A stretch of DNA of 64,000 nucleotides from Ostrea edulis (Eukaryota). The position numbers were made by a program, and so were the translations under genes. The stretch spans positions 48,856,001 through 48,920,000 of the forward strand of contig NC_079171.1 of assembly GCF_947568905.1 (NCBI RefSeq), read 5' to 3'. Positions 34,901 through 44,800 of the stretch are shown here, one piece after another; within the stretch, counting starts at the first letter, position 1; every line of letters starts with the position of its first letter. The notes beneath the pieces are model-generated. The model did not search any database, was not told the origin of the DNA, and worked only from the letters and a program-made list of their open reading frames with translations.

Positions 34901-37900
34901 TCATTCTTTATTACCACCCGGAGTATAGTATTTCCAAAACACATCTTTGTTTGTAATTTTGTATTTTTACCATCCGAAAATTTTGTATTTGTTTAGAGAT
35001 GTTATTAGCTATCGTTGAAGTTGTAATATGCAAAGGCGGATCCAGTAACGACACATCGGGAGTAGGTCCCAATTTTTATATCACGTTGATCACTCAGGTG
35101 ACCTATTGATATCGCTTTGTTTCCACCGCCGTGTCGTCATCCGTCGTGCATTAAAAACTGAATATTTTAACTACTAAATGATTAGCATTCCAATTATTTT
35201 CGTATTTGGTATGACGCATTTTTTTTTTAGCGGGGGGGGGGGGGGGGTGTTGTTGTCTGAATTGAAAAAAAAATACAGTATATTCCCCCGTGGATTTGGA
35301 GTATTGCTAAAACTGCCACAATTTCAAACATTTTCAGAGACATTTTCTGTTCATCTAGATAAACTGATTTTGACTACGGATGATGTTGATATACTTGAAA
35401 ATGAGGACCTCAAATTAGCTATTCGAAAAGGTTTAATATACGATAATATACAGAGAAAATCGGTCTTTCAACTGAAGGCAGAACCTCATCTCTATAATAA
35501 ATTCTGTCAAAGATTATGCCAAACGATGGGCTATATATGAAAAAGAAGAACTTGATACAGAATGGATTAAAAGTGTTAGAGGAATATTAAAATCCCTCAT
35601 TAGGAAGAGCAAAACAAAAGTACGCAGCAATGAACCTTCTGTTTTAGTAAACCAGAAGTGATAAAATAATTAAATAGGTCACATCAGGAATATGTTTTGG
35701 TTCCAGCTGACATTCAAAGCCTGATTGTTACAAATGTATTTTAAACGAACGTGACATTAATTCCACTTTTGGTAATCGTACTTCTGCTCCAACTGCCCCT
35801 TCAAAAGACGAAATTCTTTAAAACCATGCCTCAGTTTTAAACACAATTAATATTCCAATCAATGGGTCGGATAAATATGAGTTACTGTACCTGTACTGAA
35901 TTCCTAAACTACATAAAACTCCTTTCGAACAAACATACAAAGCAGGATCCAGTAAATGTTCTACCAAGCCACTATCTTTGCTCCTCACGAAAATATTAAC
36001 AGCTGTGAAAGAGAAACTTCAAACGTACTAGAATTATCAATCAAATACTAAACTTATTGACATTATTGACAGTTACTTCTGCAACAAAATGGAAAACGGG
36101 AATATTCATATCTAGTGATCAGTCATTCAAAAATTACTTTGTTAAACACCAATTTGATTCCATGAACACAAACTATGAAGTCGACGTAAAATATCTTCGT
36201 GGTCTTTAATGATCAGGTTTTCCAACAGTCTGATGGAGTTACTATGGACACGAATTATGCTCCTTTCAGAGCAGACCTGTTTTCATATTCTTATGAAACA
36301 AAATTTATTGAAATAGTTCTACGTGAGAAGAAACTATATCTTGCTGTGCCCTTCAATGATACATTTAGATCTATTGACGACGTTTTATCTATGAACATCA
36401 ATAACGTCCATTGATATGTCTATTCGATATATCCATGTGAACTAGAAATAAAAGACGCAAGAAAGTCGTCCACTTCTGGTTCATTCTTGAATATTCTATG
36501 AACAATACATATCGACGGCAGACTAACAACTCAACTTTATGATAAACGGAAAGATTTCAGCTTCTCCATTGTCAAGTTTCAATATTGATGTAGTTGAATT
36601 CCAGATCACTTGCATATGGTGTTGATATCTCTCAACTGATTCGATACACAAAGGCTTGTTTTGCATATGATCACTATCTTAATCGAAGCAGGCCATTGAC
36701 AAAACAAGTTAATGGTGCAAGGGTTTTAGCAGTTTCTTTTAAAGTCGTTACTTCGTAAATTCCATCTAGGTTGTCAATAAAAGCTATCATTGGGTCAAAT
36801 GCTGCCTGACTTGTTTCATACTACTTGTTAGGCCGTTATTGGTACACTGATTTTGACTACGGATAACTCCGTTTACCTGATCAAGAGTTAGGGCTGACCG
36901 GTCGACATGGGATGCTTACTTCTCGTAAGGCACCAGATCCCACGTATTATATTCAGGGGTCAGTGTTTGCCCAACTCTCTAATTTGTATTGCTTTTAGGA
37001 GTGATGAGATTGATCACTGTTCGTTATGTTCACCGTTCATGTATGTCAAGGGGTCCGTGTTTGCCTTACTCTTAATGATGTATTCTTGATAGGGATTGAA
37101 AAATTGGTCATCGTTCGCTATTTTTACCTTTTGCGAAGATTTGTTTGTGCATTTGTGTGCTTATGGTCCTTCCGAAATTTACCATTCATATTAATGAAAT
37201 TTGAATTATAATCGATTAAAACGTTGAAAACATTATTTTGATCTTCGTATCTTTAAATAGAGTAAATTAGAAAACGAAATATTTTCATGAAAAAGTGAAG
37301 ATAACAAACAGTGATCGATCTTATAATTCCTTTACGGAATACAAAATAGGGATTTGGGCAAACACGGAACCCTCGATATACCAGAGGTGGGATCAGGTAC
37401 CTGAAAAAAGTAAGCATCCCCTGCCAACGGGCTACATCGATCATAAGCCCTATATCTTGATCAGGTAAATGGAGCAATCCATAGTCAAAATCAGTGGAGC
37501 TCTAAATAAGCGTAAATACTCATTAATTTTGACAAAATAAGCAATCAATTTGAAGTTCAGGCATACAATTACGCATTAGCAATATCTATCTGTTTTACGC
37601 TACTTAAGTAATGCTTACTTGTGATGGCATAAGTACGAATTATCTATTCATACCAATTTAAGTTAGCTAAGCGCTTAAACTTCCATGAAATAATCGCTAT
37701 GAGAAAAAAAACCCGTTTAGATAGCAGGCAATGACATTCTTCAAAGATGGCTTAAAGATAACTCAAAACAACTGTGTGAGCCGTCTTGTTATAATTCTTT
37801 CTTAAAGAGATAGAATGCGGTCAAAGGCTCCGAAATCATTATCAATCGTGGAGGTTTTATTGCTGCTACAAACATGGCACAGAAAATGTCACGGGGCAAA

Positions 37901-39521
37901 CGATATTTGTTCTGTAAAATTTACTTGAAAGCTTTTCACTGAAAGTCCACTCCTACAGCATTGTCTTAATAAGTATTTAAAACATTTGCGGGAATTGGGG
38001 TCATTTATTTACCGACTTCCATCATGCATATACTAGTTTTACAGAAGTGGAAAAAATCAATTCTTTGTTAATGGTAGAAAGTGTGAGGAATCCAACAGTA
38101 ACTTGCAGTAAAAACAAAGTGGAAAAATTATGTACGGACATAATTAGGTTTATTTAAGTTTTAAAACATGCTATAAGACACAGAATCTAATGATTTTGAA
38201 ACTGATAGTTTTTAGCCAAAATGCTTTTAGATTCGCATTTATAACAGTATAATTTACAATATGACAAATAGTTTTGTTCTTTGATAAGTGCTTATGAAAT
38301 GTGTTCAATACTGTACAATAAGAACTCCAATCTACGGGTGAAAATCCTTTGTAGTTTGTTTTATTATAAACTCTTCATTATCATTGGGATTTTGAAATTT
38401 ACCATGGGGGTATTAGATTATGATATGTCAAACTTATCGAATTCTGTATTGGTGACAAAACAGCAAAGAAAATCGAATGTTAGACCGTTCATGGCACACT
38501 ATTTTTTGACTACGGATAACTCTGTTTACCCGACCAAGATATAGGGCTTACAGCGGGTGAGACCGGTCGACAGGGGATGCTTATTCCTCCTAGGCACCCG
38601 GTCCCATCTCTGGTATTTCCAGGGCTCCGTGTTTGCCCAACTCTGTGTTTTGTATTGGTTATAAGAATCAGGAGCCAATCTCTCTAAGTCCCATGTATAT
38701 CTGTCTTTAATCTTTTTTTTTTTAAGTTATATAAGTCTGCACTATTCATTTTGGTATGATCGTTTCCTAGGAAAAGAAAACCTTTATCTCTTTTTCAGAT
38801 GAAAGAACAATTGCAGCTAGAGATCAAATGGGTAACATCAACTTTTGCGACAAGATGTCACAACTATCTTCAAAGCGAAAGAGGAAAAGAAGAAATTTTG
38901 CTGAAAGTGCCAAGTCGATCAGTTACCACAATCCATGCCCTAAAAAGTGAAATAGCTTCACTTTTGATGAATGCTGTTCAGCTGTGGCTAACTGGTGACC
39001 AAATGAGAACTTTGATTAGCGGTATAAACAAAAAGATTAGAAGCTACGTACACGATCTGGAGAAAGAGTTACTAAAGATGCAGCACGAAATATTTGATGT
39101 GAATACACCCTACTTTACTGGGTTAAATGATCACAATGCCAATATATCTGCAGTTTACAGAGCTCTTCTTCCTTGCACTATATCCATGGATTTGACAGAC
39201 AGGGTTATCTTGCTATTGGGTGATTCAGTTATGGAAGGTTTAAAAGAAAATATCTATGGATTTTTGCTAGACAAGCTGGATACAGATGCTATAGAAAAGT
39301 GTTTGGAAATGTCCATTCAGCGTAAATACGATAGTATCATCGAGCGAATCCACGATGCATATTTGAGAAAAGGCAAAAGCATTCAAGAGACAATGGAGAA
39401 CATAAATCTAGAGGGATCAACGATGTTACATTCATGCAAAGAACTGGCAAAGAAGCTCGGCGATATTCGAAGAAGTTACAGACCTCTTCTAATGAACATG
39501 GCACGATGGGATCGTTTGTAA
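19917..39521 (+). CDS. Gene B: tandem double-GTPase dynamin-like protein, 13 coding exons, ~863 aa. join(19917..19945,20879..20946,21310..21578,25155..25280,27109..27321,27431..27501,27629..27816,28731..29020,30625..30765,31252..31500,31820..31917,34265..34391,38799..39521)
   Basis: All introns are GT-AG; phases 2,1,0,0,0,2,1,0,0,0,2,0 give 2592 nt with no internal stop. Module 1: GPTKSGKT / ATT / EIPE / TNKWD. Module 2: GDTSAGKT / ST / DTPG / NAGG / TNKWD. Exon 1 and the start codon are the least certain parts. Confidence 0.8.
20879..20946 (+). CDS. Gene B exon 2 (VPELEPTEYDFMVGEEFKIVII-G)
   Basis: caacag| acceptor, G|gtgaaa donor; beta strand leading into the P-loop. Confidence 0.75.
21310..21578 (+). 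CDS. Gene B exon 3, module-1 P-loop (GPTKSGKTSFINKLV...CATTSVIK...ERRQ)
   Basis: attag| acceptor, CAG|gtttgt donor, Walker A motif. Confidence 0.85.
21858..22200 (-). mobile_element. SINE with a different tRNA head (GGTAGCTCAGTGGTAGAGCG) and the shared tail
   Basis: tRNA D-arm/A box on the minus strand; tail similar to 53315-53380. Confidence 0.7.
23998..24330 (+). mobile_element. tRNA-head SINE, same family as 32589-32913
   Basis: TGGTCTAGGGTAGAGCG ... GGGTTTGAATC head; shared body and tail. Confidence 0.8.
25155..25280 (+). CDS. Gene B exon 4, module-1 degenerate G3 (MGCVFIEIPENL...QPET)
   Basis: Not in the ORF track. tttaaag| acceptor, ACG|gtaagt donor; phase 0-0; occupies the position of the DTPG exon. 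Confidence 0.75.
26596..27045 (-). mobile_element. Rearranged internal Naiad-type RT debris
   Basis: Segments matching 3780-3900 and 4695-4825, then a more diverged HYYN...STFGNP...YWFPKLHK segment. Confidence 0.65.
27109..27321 (+). CDS. Gene B exon 5, module-1 G4 (MKCTL...YFVTNKWD...ISLRR)
   Basis: ttacag| acceptor, CGG|gtatgt donor, NKWD motif. Confidence 0.85.
27431..27501 (+). CDS. Gene B exon 6 (TSRFSKGLDMLIEDVENTATKYF-H)
   Basis: aatag| acceptor, CA|gtaaat donor; RFSKGLDMLI aligns with gene A RFKETLDKMI; phase 0->2. Confidence 0.7.
27629..27816 (+). CDS. Gene B exon 7, start of module 2 (FTADDAIEK...IEWFIVVA-G)
   Basis: tttttcag| acceptor, G|gtaaaa donor; phase 2->1. Confidence 0.85.
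28731..29020 (+). CDS. Gene B exon 8, module-2 P-loop (GDTSAGKTTLINRLVG...LPSETLQ)
   Basis: ctttcag| acceptor, CAG|gtaatt donor. Confidence 0.9.
29098..29248 (+). mobile_element. tRNA-head SINE, 3'-truncated
   Basis: A box TGGTCTAGAGG, B box GGATTCGAATCC. Confidence 0.8.
30625..30765 (+). CDS. Gene B exon 9, G3 (NRTVLVDTPGIG...YLPNASSFIFLVDAANAGGTHEDR)
   Basis: ttgcag| acceptor, AGA|gtaagt donor; the ORF track shows a different frame here. Confidence 0.9.
31252..31500 (+). CDS. Gene B exon 10, G4 (LMKIMR...VLFLTNKWD + acidic insert...VCLKK)
   Basis: acctag| acceptor, AAG|gtaggt donor. Confidence 0.9.
31820..31917 (+). CDS. Gene B exon 11 (DESEYKSEFKRFQRKFIEVLEKNKSVRMCDDF-R)
   Basis: tttgtag| acceptor, AG|gtagac donor; homologous to gene A exon 5. 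Confidence 0.8.
32165..33183 (+). mobile_element. Naiad-type RT C-terminus and 3' end, interrupted by a SINE
   Basis: [15 protein letters not shown]...PAYGVY; sequence resumes after the SINE at 32925. Confidence 0.8.
32589..32913 (+). mobile_element. Full-length tRNA-head SINE with (CAAT)n tail and TSD
   Basis: A-box-like TGGTCTAGAG; TSD TCGCAAATTTTA (32577-32588) / TCGCAATTTTA (32914-32924). Confidence 0.8.
33276..33606 (+). mobile_element. Retrozyme-family monomer
   Basis: Highly similar to the 8829-9447 unit, with different end points. Confidence 0.8.
33537..33580 (+). ncRNA. Minimal type-I hammerhead ribozyme (family 2, copy 3), sense strand of gene B intron 11
   Basis: GCATCA-CTGAAGA-GACATTATTTGTC-GAAA-TGCGCA-TC-TGGTGT. 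Confidence 0.85.
33610..33845. mobile_element. MITE with 28-bp TIRs and internal 21-bp-period repeats
   Basis: TCCAAAGTGTTTCGTTTCGTTCCGTGCA ... TGCACTGAACGAAACGAAACGCTTTGGA (2 mismatches); no TSD seen. Confidence 0.7.
33922..34212 (-). mobile_element. Retrozyme-family partial monomer, inverted and permuted
   Basis: Reverse complement of the same unit, starting at the hammerhead. Confidence 0.75.
34159..34200 (-). ncRNA. Hammerhead motif (family 2, copy 4), stem I partly degenerate
   Basis: Reverse strand GCTTCA-CTGAAGA-GACTATTTGTC-GAAA-TGCGCA-TC-TGTTGC; two stem I mismatches. Confidence 0.65.
34265..34391 (+). CDS. Gene B exon 12 (FVWEAFTNIERVVCARLD...TKFSE)
   Basis: cattag| acceptor, GAG|gtacag donor; 127 nt. 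Confidence 0.8.
35360..37120 (+). mobile_element. Older, degenerate copy of the same Naiad-type element
   Basis: Colinear with 3323-5195, with many stops and frameshifts (e.g. QQSDGVTMDTNYAP, FRSIDD). Confidence 0.8.
38799..39521 (+). CDS. Gene B exon 13, helical C-terminus (MKEQLQ...WDRL*)
   Basis: tttttcag| directly precedes the 240-aa ORF. Confidence 0.85.
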   Translation: MKEQLQLEIKWVTSTFATRCHNYLQSERGKEEILLKVPSRSVTTIHALKSEIASLLMNAVQLWLTGDQMRTLISGINKKIRSYVHDLEKELLKMQHEIFDVNTPYFTGLNDHNANISAVYRALLPCTISMDLTDRVILLLGDSVMEGLKENIYGFLLDKLDTDAIEKCLEMSIQRKYDSIIERIHDAYLRKGKSIQETMENINLEGSTMLHSCKELAKKLGDIRRSYRPLLMNMARWDRL

Positions 39522-39754
39522 GCATGGATAACATCTCTTTGAAAGACAGTTTATGTTACTTTGATTTTTCTTTGTACAGTTTATTCAAGATTTAGCATTC
39601 CACTGTTAGAACATCCATTCATTTTTCAATATTACATTTATAGTGGCACTGTGGCTCTATTAGATATCAGTTTAGGGAGGACTTTTAAATTGTTTTATTG
39701 TTTTCCACTTTTCATATAACCGATTATCGATCCTTTTGTGATGTGAGAAGCATT

Positions 39755-39756
<2 letters not shown>

Positions 39757-39832
<76 letters not shown>
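39757..39832. repeat. Compound microsatellite (CT)n(AT)n downstream of gene B
   Basis: Read directly. Confidence 0.95.
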
Positions 39833-39838
<6 letters not shown>

Positions 39839-40689
39839 CTTGAATTGTATATTCTCTTGTCTGTACTGCTTATTCTAACAAGTGTAATACGTACATAGAA
39901 ATAATTAATCATAAAAATTGAAAAAAAAAATCTCAATGTGTTCTTTATTTTATCTACAGCACTTGGAACCAACATTGGAAAATTTCAAAACTTCTGTGAA
40001 TTGTTTAATGTTGCAGTACATGTGGTACATTATGTGCTTCGGAACAAAATCAAAAATTGTAGAAGTGAAATTAACTTTCAGTAATATAATGTGTGCGTGT
40101 GACAAACATGCTGTGCATGTGGCGATTCAGAAACTATATTTAAGAGGACAAAGTTTAAGGAAGTTCGTTTAGATTTATGAAATTAAGTAAGTTATGTGGA
40201 AGGGTGGCGCATTCAGTATCCCTTTACATATAGTATGGTTGACACTCTACAAGGGATGAAACTAAGTCGACTGAACGTTTACTGACATGTCTGGAAAGGT
40301 GACTTAATAACAAAGCTCTGTAATTCAATCACCTTTCAGTAACCATTCAGTCCTCTTATAGTAACCATTCAGTCCACCATTTCACTAACCATTCAGTCGC
40401 CTTTCAGTTGACGGAATGGTATGGTTTCATTCCATGCTAACTAGTCTGAGTTTAGCAGGATTTTGACCCCCGAATTTAAAATTAAAAAGCAAATTATTTT
40501 GGATGGATCAACTTGGAGGTTTTTCCTTCCATACATATATTTTTTTTAAATATAGAAACAACAATTCTTATTTAGCTTCTTTTTACCCTTGCATATACAT
40601 TTATGCTTTATCAGTCTGTGTAAAACGATATAAAATTATATGTAGTTTATATATCGATTCTTAATGTGGGGGAGGGTTCCAATGACATG

Positions 40690-41130
40690 GTGAAAGGTAA
40701 AGATAACAAACAGTGATCAATGAAAGGTGGATATAACGAACAGTGATCAATCTCATAACTCCAACAAGCAATACAAAATAGTTGAGCAAACACGGACCTC
40801 TGGACACACCAGAGGTGGGATCAGGTGCCTAGGAGGAGTAAGCATCACCTGTCGACCGGTCACACCCGCCGTGAGCCCTATATCCCGATCAGGTAAACGG
40901 AGATATCCGTAGTCAAAATCAGTGTCCCAACAATGGCCTAACAATCGGTATGAAATGCGTCAGACAACATTTGACCCAATGATAGGTGGTATTGACGAAA
41001 TTTCGAAATGACGAATCTCATAAATCCTATAAACAATACAAAATAGATAGTTGGGCAAACACGGACCCCTGGACACACCAGAAATGGAATAAGGTGCCTA
41101 GGAGGAGTAAACATCGGCCGCCGACCGGTC
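40690..41130 (-). mobile_element. Tandem Naiad-type 3' fragments
   Basis: Two to three overlapping copies of the shared 3' terminus. Confidence 0.75.
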
Positions 41131-41635
41131 ACACCGTGGCGAAAGAGGAGGGACACAGCCGGGAATGTGATAGTGAGGAGAATGTTAAGGAGAGAAGATT
41201 TATGCCGTTTCTTATCTTCGCCTTTCATGATAGAGACAACGATTGTCGGAACAAAGTTTGAATTCGCTCCTGATTATTTTCCGTGGTTTGTTTTTGGTCT
41301 AAATGGATCTTGAAGAAGTGTTAAAGACACGGGATTTAGTTTCATTCCATATAAATGATATTGCGTAGACATATTCAGTGCAGTTCAAATGAAATACATT
41401 TCATAAATCAAATTTCACATCTTACAGTAGATATATTATTTACAAAAAGGGAGATGTAGCTCAAAATATTGACTTGTAGATTATGATACTTTAACATATA
41501 CTGATATGATATATTTGAAAATTAATCGTGTTTAATAAAAGTAATTTCGTTGGTCAAGTTAGACGCCATTGAAACATTTTTCTCATACTGTACAAAGATG
41601 CAACAATAACAATTCGTCTACAAAATAAAATGCGT

Positions 41636-41774
41636 TTATTCGCCTGTCAGCATAACCATTACAACAATATTGTTATGCATTTATTATAGTAAAGTAGTAG
41701 TCATGTTTCAATACATATTGTACTCGCCTTTGTCTCTTGTACATAAGAGTTTAATTAGTTGAATTGCCTAATTT

Positions 41775-41826
<52 letters not shown>

Positions 41827-44800
41827 TAAATGTATCTGCTATATTTCTAGACTGTGGTTTCCATTTTCCTATCATCCAATCAATTGATTCGATGATTGGG
41901 TACCCTTGATTTGATCTGGAAAAAAAATCAAAATTATAAATAATAGTTGCAAATAAAGGCAAATAAATCTTGATAATATTGATGATATATGAATTAATTA
42001 CCTGGGCATTGGTCAGTGTTACACGATACTGCGTGAACAGATTGACCTGGACAGGGAATTCCCCCGTGAGATGGCGGAGGGTTGTTACATTCCCTCAGTC
42101 GTAACTGTAGTCCACCACCACAGGACATGTCACATGGGCGGGTGTGACCCCATTCTCCCCAGTTTCCATTCACTAAATGAAAACCGCATGTTGATTGTTT
42201 GAATTTACAGATCTAAAGTGGTTCAATTTGTAATTTTCAGTTTCGGTTTTCAAAATTGTGACAGACTGTTGTAATTTTCTAGCTGAATTAAAATAAACCT
42301 GGACATTCTCCACGTTGACAGGATTTGAAAGCATTGGCCAGTCCTATACAGTCCTGCCCTCCATAACGCGGGATTGGCTTGGTGCAGGTGCGCGATTTTA
42401 TTTGGACACCCTGGCCACAGGTTTCACTACATTGACCAAAGTCTGACCAGGTCGACCAACCACCGTCAACTACAAATACATAATTCGAATGTAGTATAAT
42501 GATAAAGTCAATGCTGATTGCATTAAAGCGTTCAGTTTAAACAATATGTATGCCGTAATTTAAAGCATATAAGTATGAAAGGTGAACATAACGAACAGTG
42601 ATCAATCTCATAACTCCTATAGGAGATACAAAATAGAGAGTTGGGCAAACAATGAACCATGGACACACCAGAGGTGGAATGATGTGCCAAGGGGGAGTAA
42701 GCATCCCCTGTCGAGCAAGTACACCCGCCGTGAACCCTATATCTTGATCAGATAAACGGAGTTATCCGTCGTCAAATCAGTATATAATTATATCAAATTC
42801 TCACACATTTAAAATAGCACCATAAATGTGGATTAATCATGCCAATACAATATGCAAATCAAAATAATGTATTTTCTTTAGTCAACTGTTATGAAATATA
42901 CATGGAATTACTGTGAATTTTGCACACGAATATGCTGTCCATAACAAATCCTGGAATTTCTTTCTGATTAACTAAGCGTGTTTTAGGAAGAAAGTTTTAT
43001 ATTTTTTAAATAAATCTTTTATCCACCTATGGTGCCATGGGTATACCTCATCATTGCCAAACATACTGTAGCTATTGCTTACGAAAAATATCAGTTATAA
43101 GTTAAGTCGTTCACGTAATGTTATATGTTCGGTTCCCTTGAAATTCCAATGGTATTGCTTTTGCATTTTCTTAAGTTTTGATCTTCTATTTCAAGTTCTA
43201 TTGCTGTTAGAAACAACCTCAGCAGCATAAAATCGCCCTGCAGTATTATGTACAATGAAGCGTGTAAAGATCTACATTTTTGCTTCCAAGGGACGTCTGC
43301 AACAATCACAACTTTCAACTTGCGTTTCAGTCGACACCTAATGTCTAGATATCATGTGTATTTAAATACAATTTGAAATATTTGTAATCATGTAATCATA
43401 TATTTTTGGACAACCGGGTGCAAATATTTTTTCGTAGCAGAAATATAAGGATATCGATCTCCTATAATACAAATGCTTTGAATCAGGTGAAGTTGATGAT
43501 AAATTTGAATGCCTTAGGTAGATTTCGCATGATACAGAAATACAAAGAACTAGACAGAGTACAACAATTAATTGAGCAAACCATTAGACTAAATTTTACA
43601 TTTTTGTTAGAATAATTAAACTCTAATGAAATTGAACCATAATGCATATCTACATATTTAATGACCACATACTGAATTTCAGATTTCTAAAAAAAAAGTC
43701 CTAAAAACTACACTCAGCACAAAGATTGACATATCTCGTAAATTTCACTTAATTATTACGAAACATAAACTTGCGCTATAAACATGTAGTAGTAAACAAA
43801 AGTTTCAGCTTCCTAAATCTTACGATAGTGAAAAAAGGTCCGTGGAAAATGAATACCACTCAACCATGGAACAATATTTGTTAGAATAGGTCAACCATAG
43901 CAAAAGTAAAGTTTAATTAAGAAACAACATATTAATTTTCAGATTCCTAAGTTACATACATGACAAAGTCTGGAATTTTGTTGGGGGGGGGGGGGGCAAA
44001 CACAAAGTCTCATGAATGCCGTGTATATCAGTCAACTGAGACGAATTTTAAACTTGATATGTCAACAAACAATAATAAATGCAAGGTGAAAATAACGAAA
44101 AGTGATCAATCTCATAACTCCTACAAGCAATACAAAATAGACAGTTGGGCAAACACGGACTCCTTGACACACCAGAGGTGGGATCAGGTGCCTAGGAGGC
44201 GTAAGCATCCCCTGTTGACCGGTCACACCCGCCGTGAGCCCCATATCCTGATCAGGTAAACGGAGTTATCCGCAGTCAAATAACATACCGAATCTCAAAT
44301 TGAAAATTAAAGTTCATTCAACCATGAAACACAGTCTGACAGTTTTCGTTTAAAAAGGTCAACCAAAAAGTTAAAATCTGATCTGTATCTACTAACCATT
44401 AACCAAACATCAAATTTCAGATTCCTTAGTTAAAACACTGTGGGGAAAAAATAAAGTTAGAAAGGGCTTCGTAACGGTGCCTGACACATGAAAATCTTCC
44501 AAAGGACACTTCAGTTTCTTATGACATAGAAGCCCTTATCGGACAGAAACCTGAAAGGGAAATGAAGCTTTCCCTTGCCCAAAAGGAGTATTACATAATA
44601 ATTTACTAACATCTGTTCATGTAATACCAAATATATCGTAGAATAAAGAGTGTTATTATCGTCTTAATATTTAAAAAGAAATCAAGTCTCACAACTCCGT
44701 GATGAAAAAGCCTAAAAATTTGAAATTATTCAGGAAACTCCCTCTCTAATCCAAATATTATATTAAAAAAATATGAAAATAGAAAACGCTGACGGATAAC

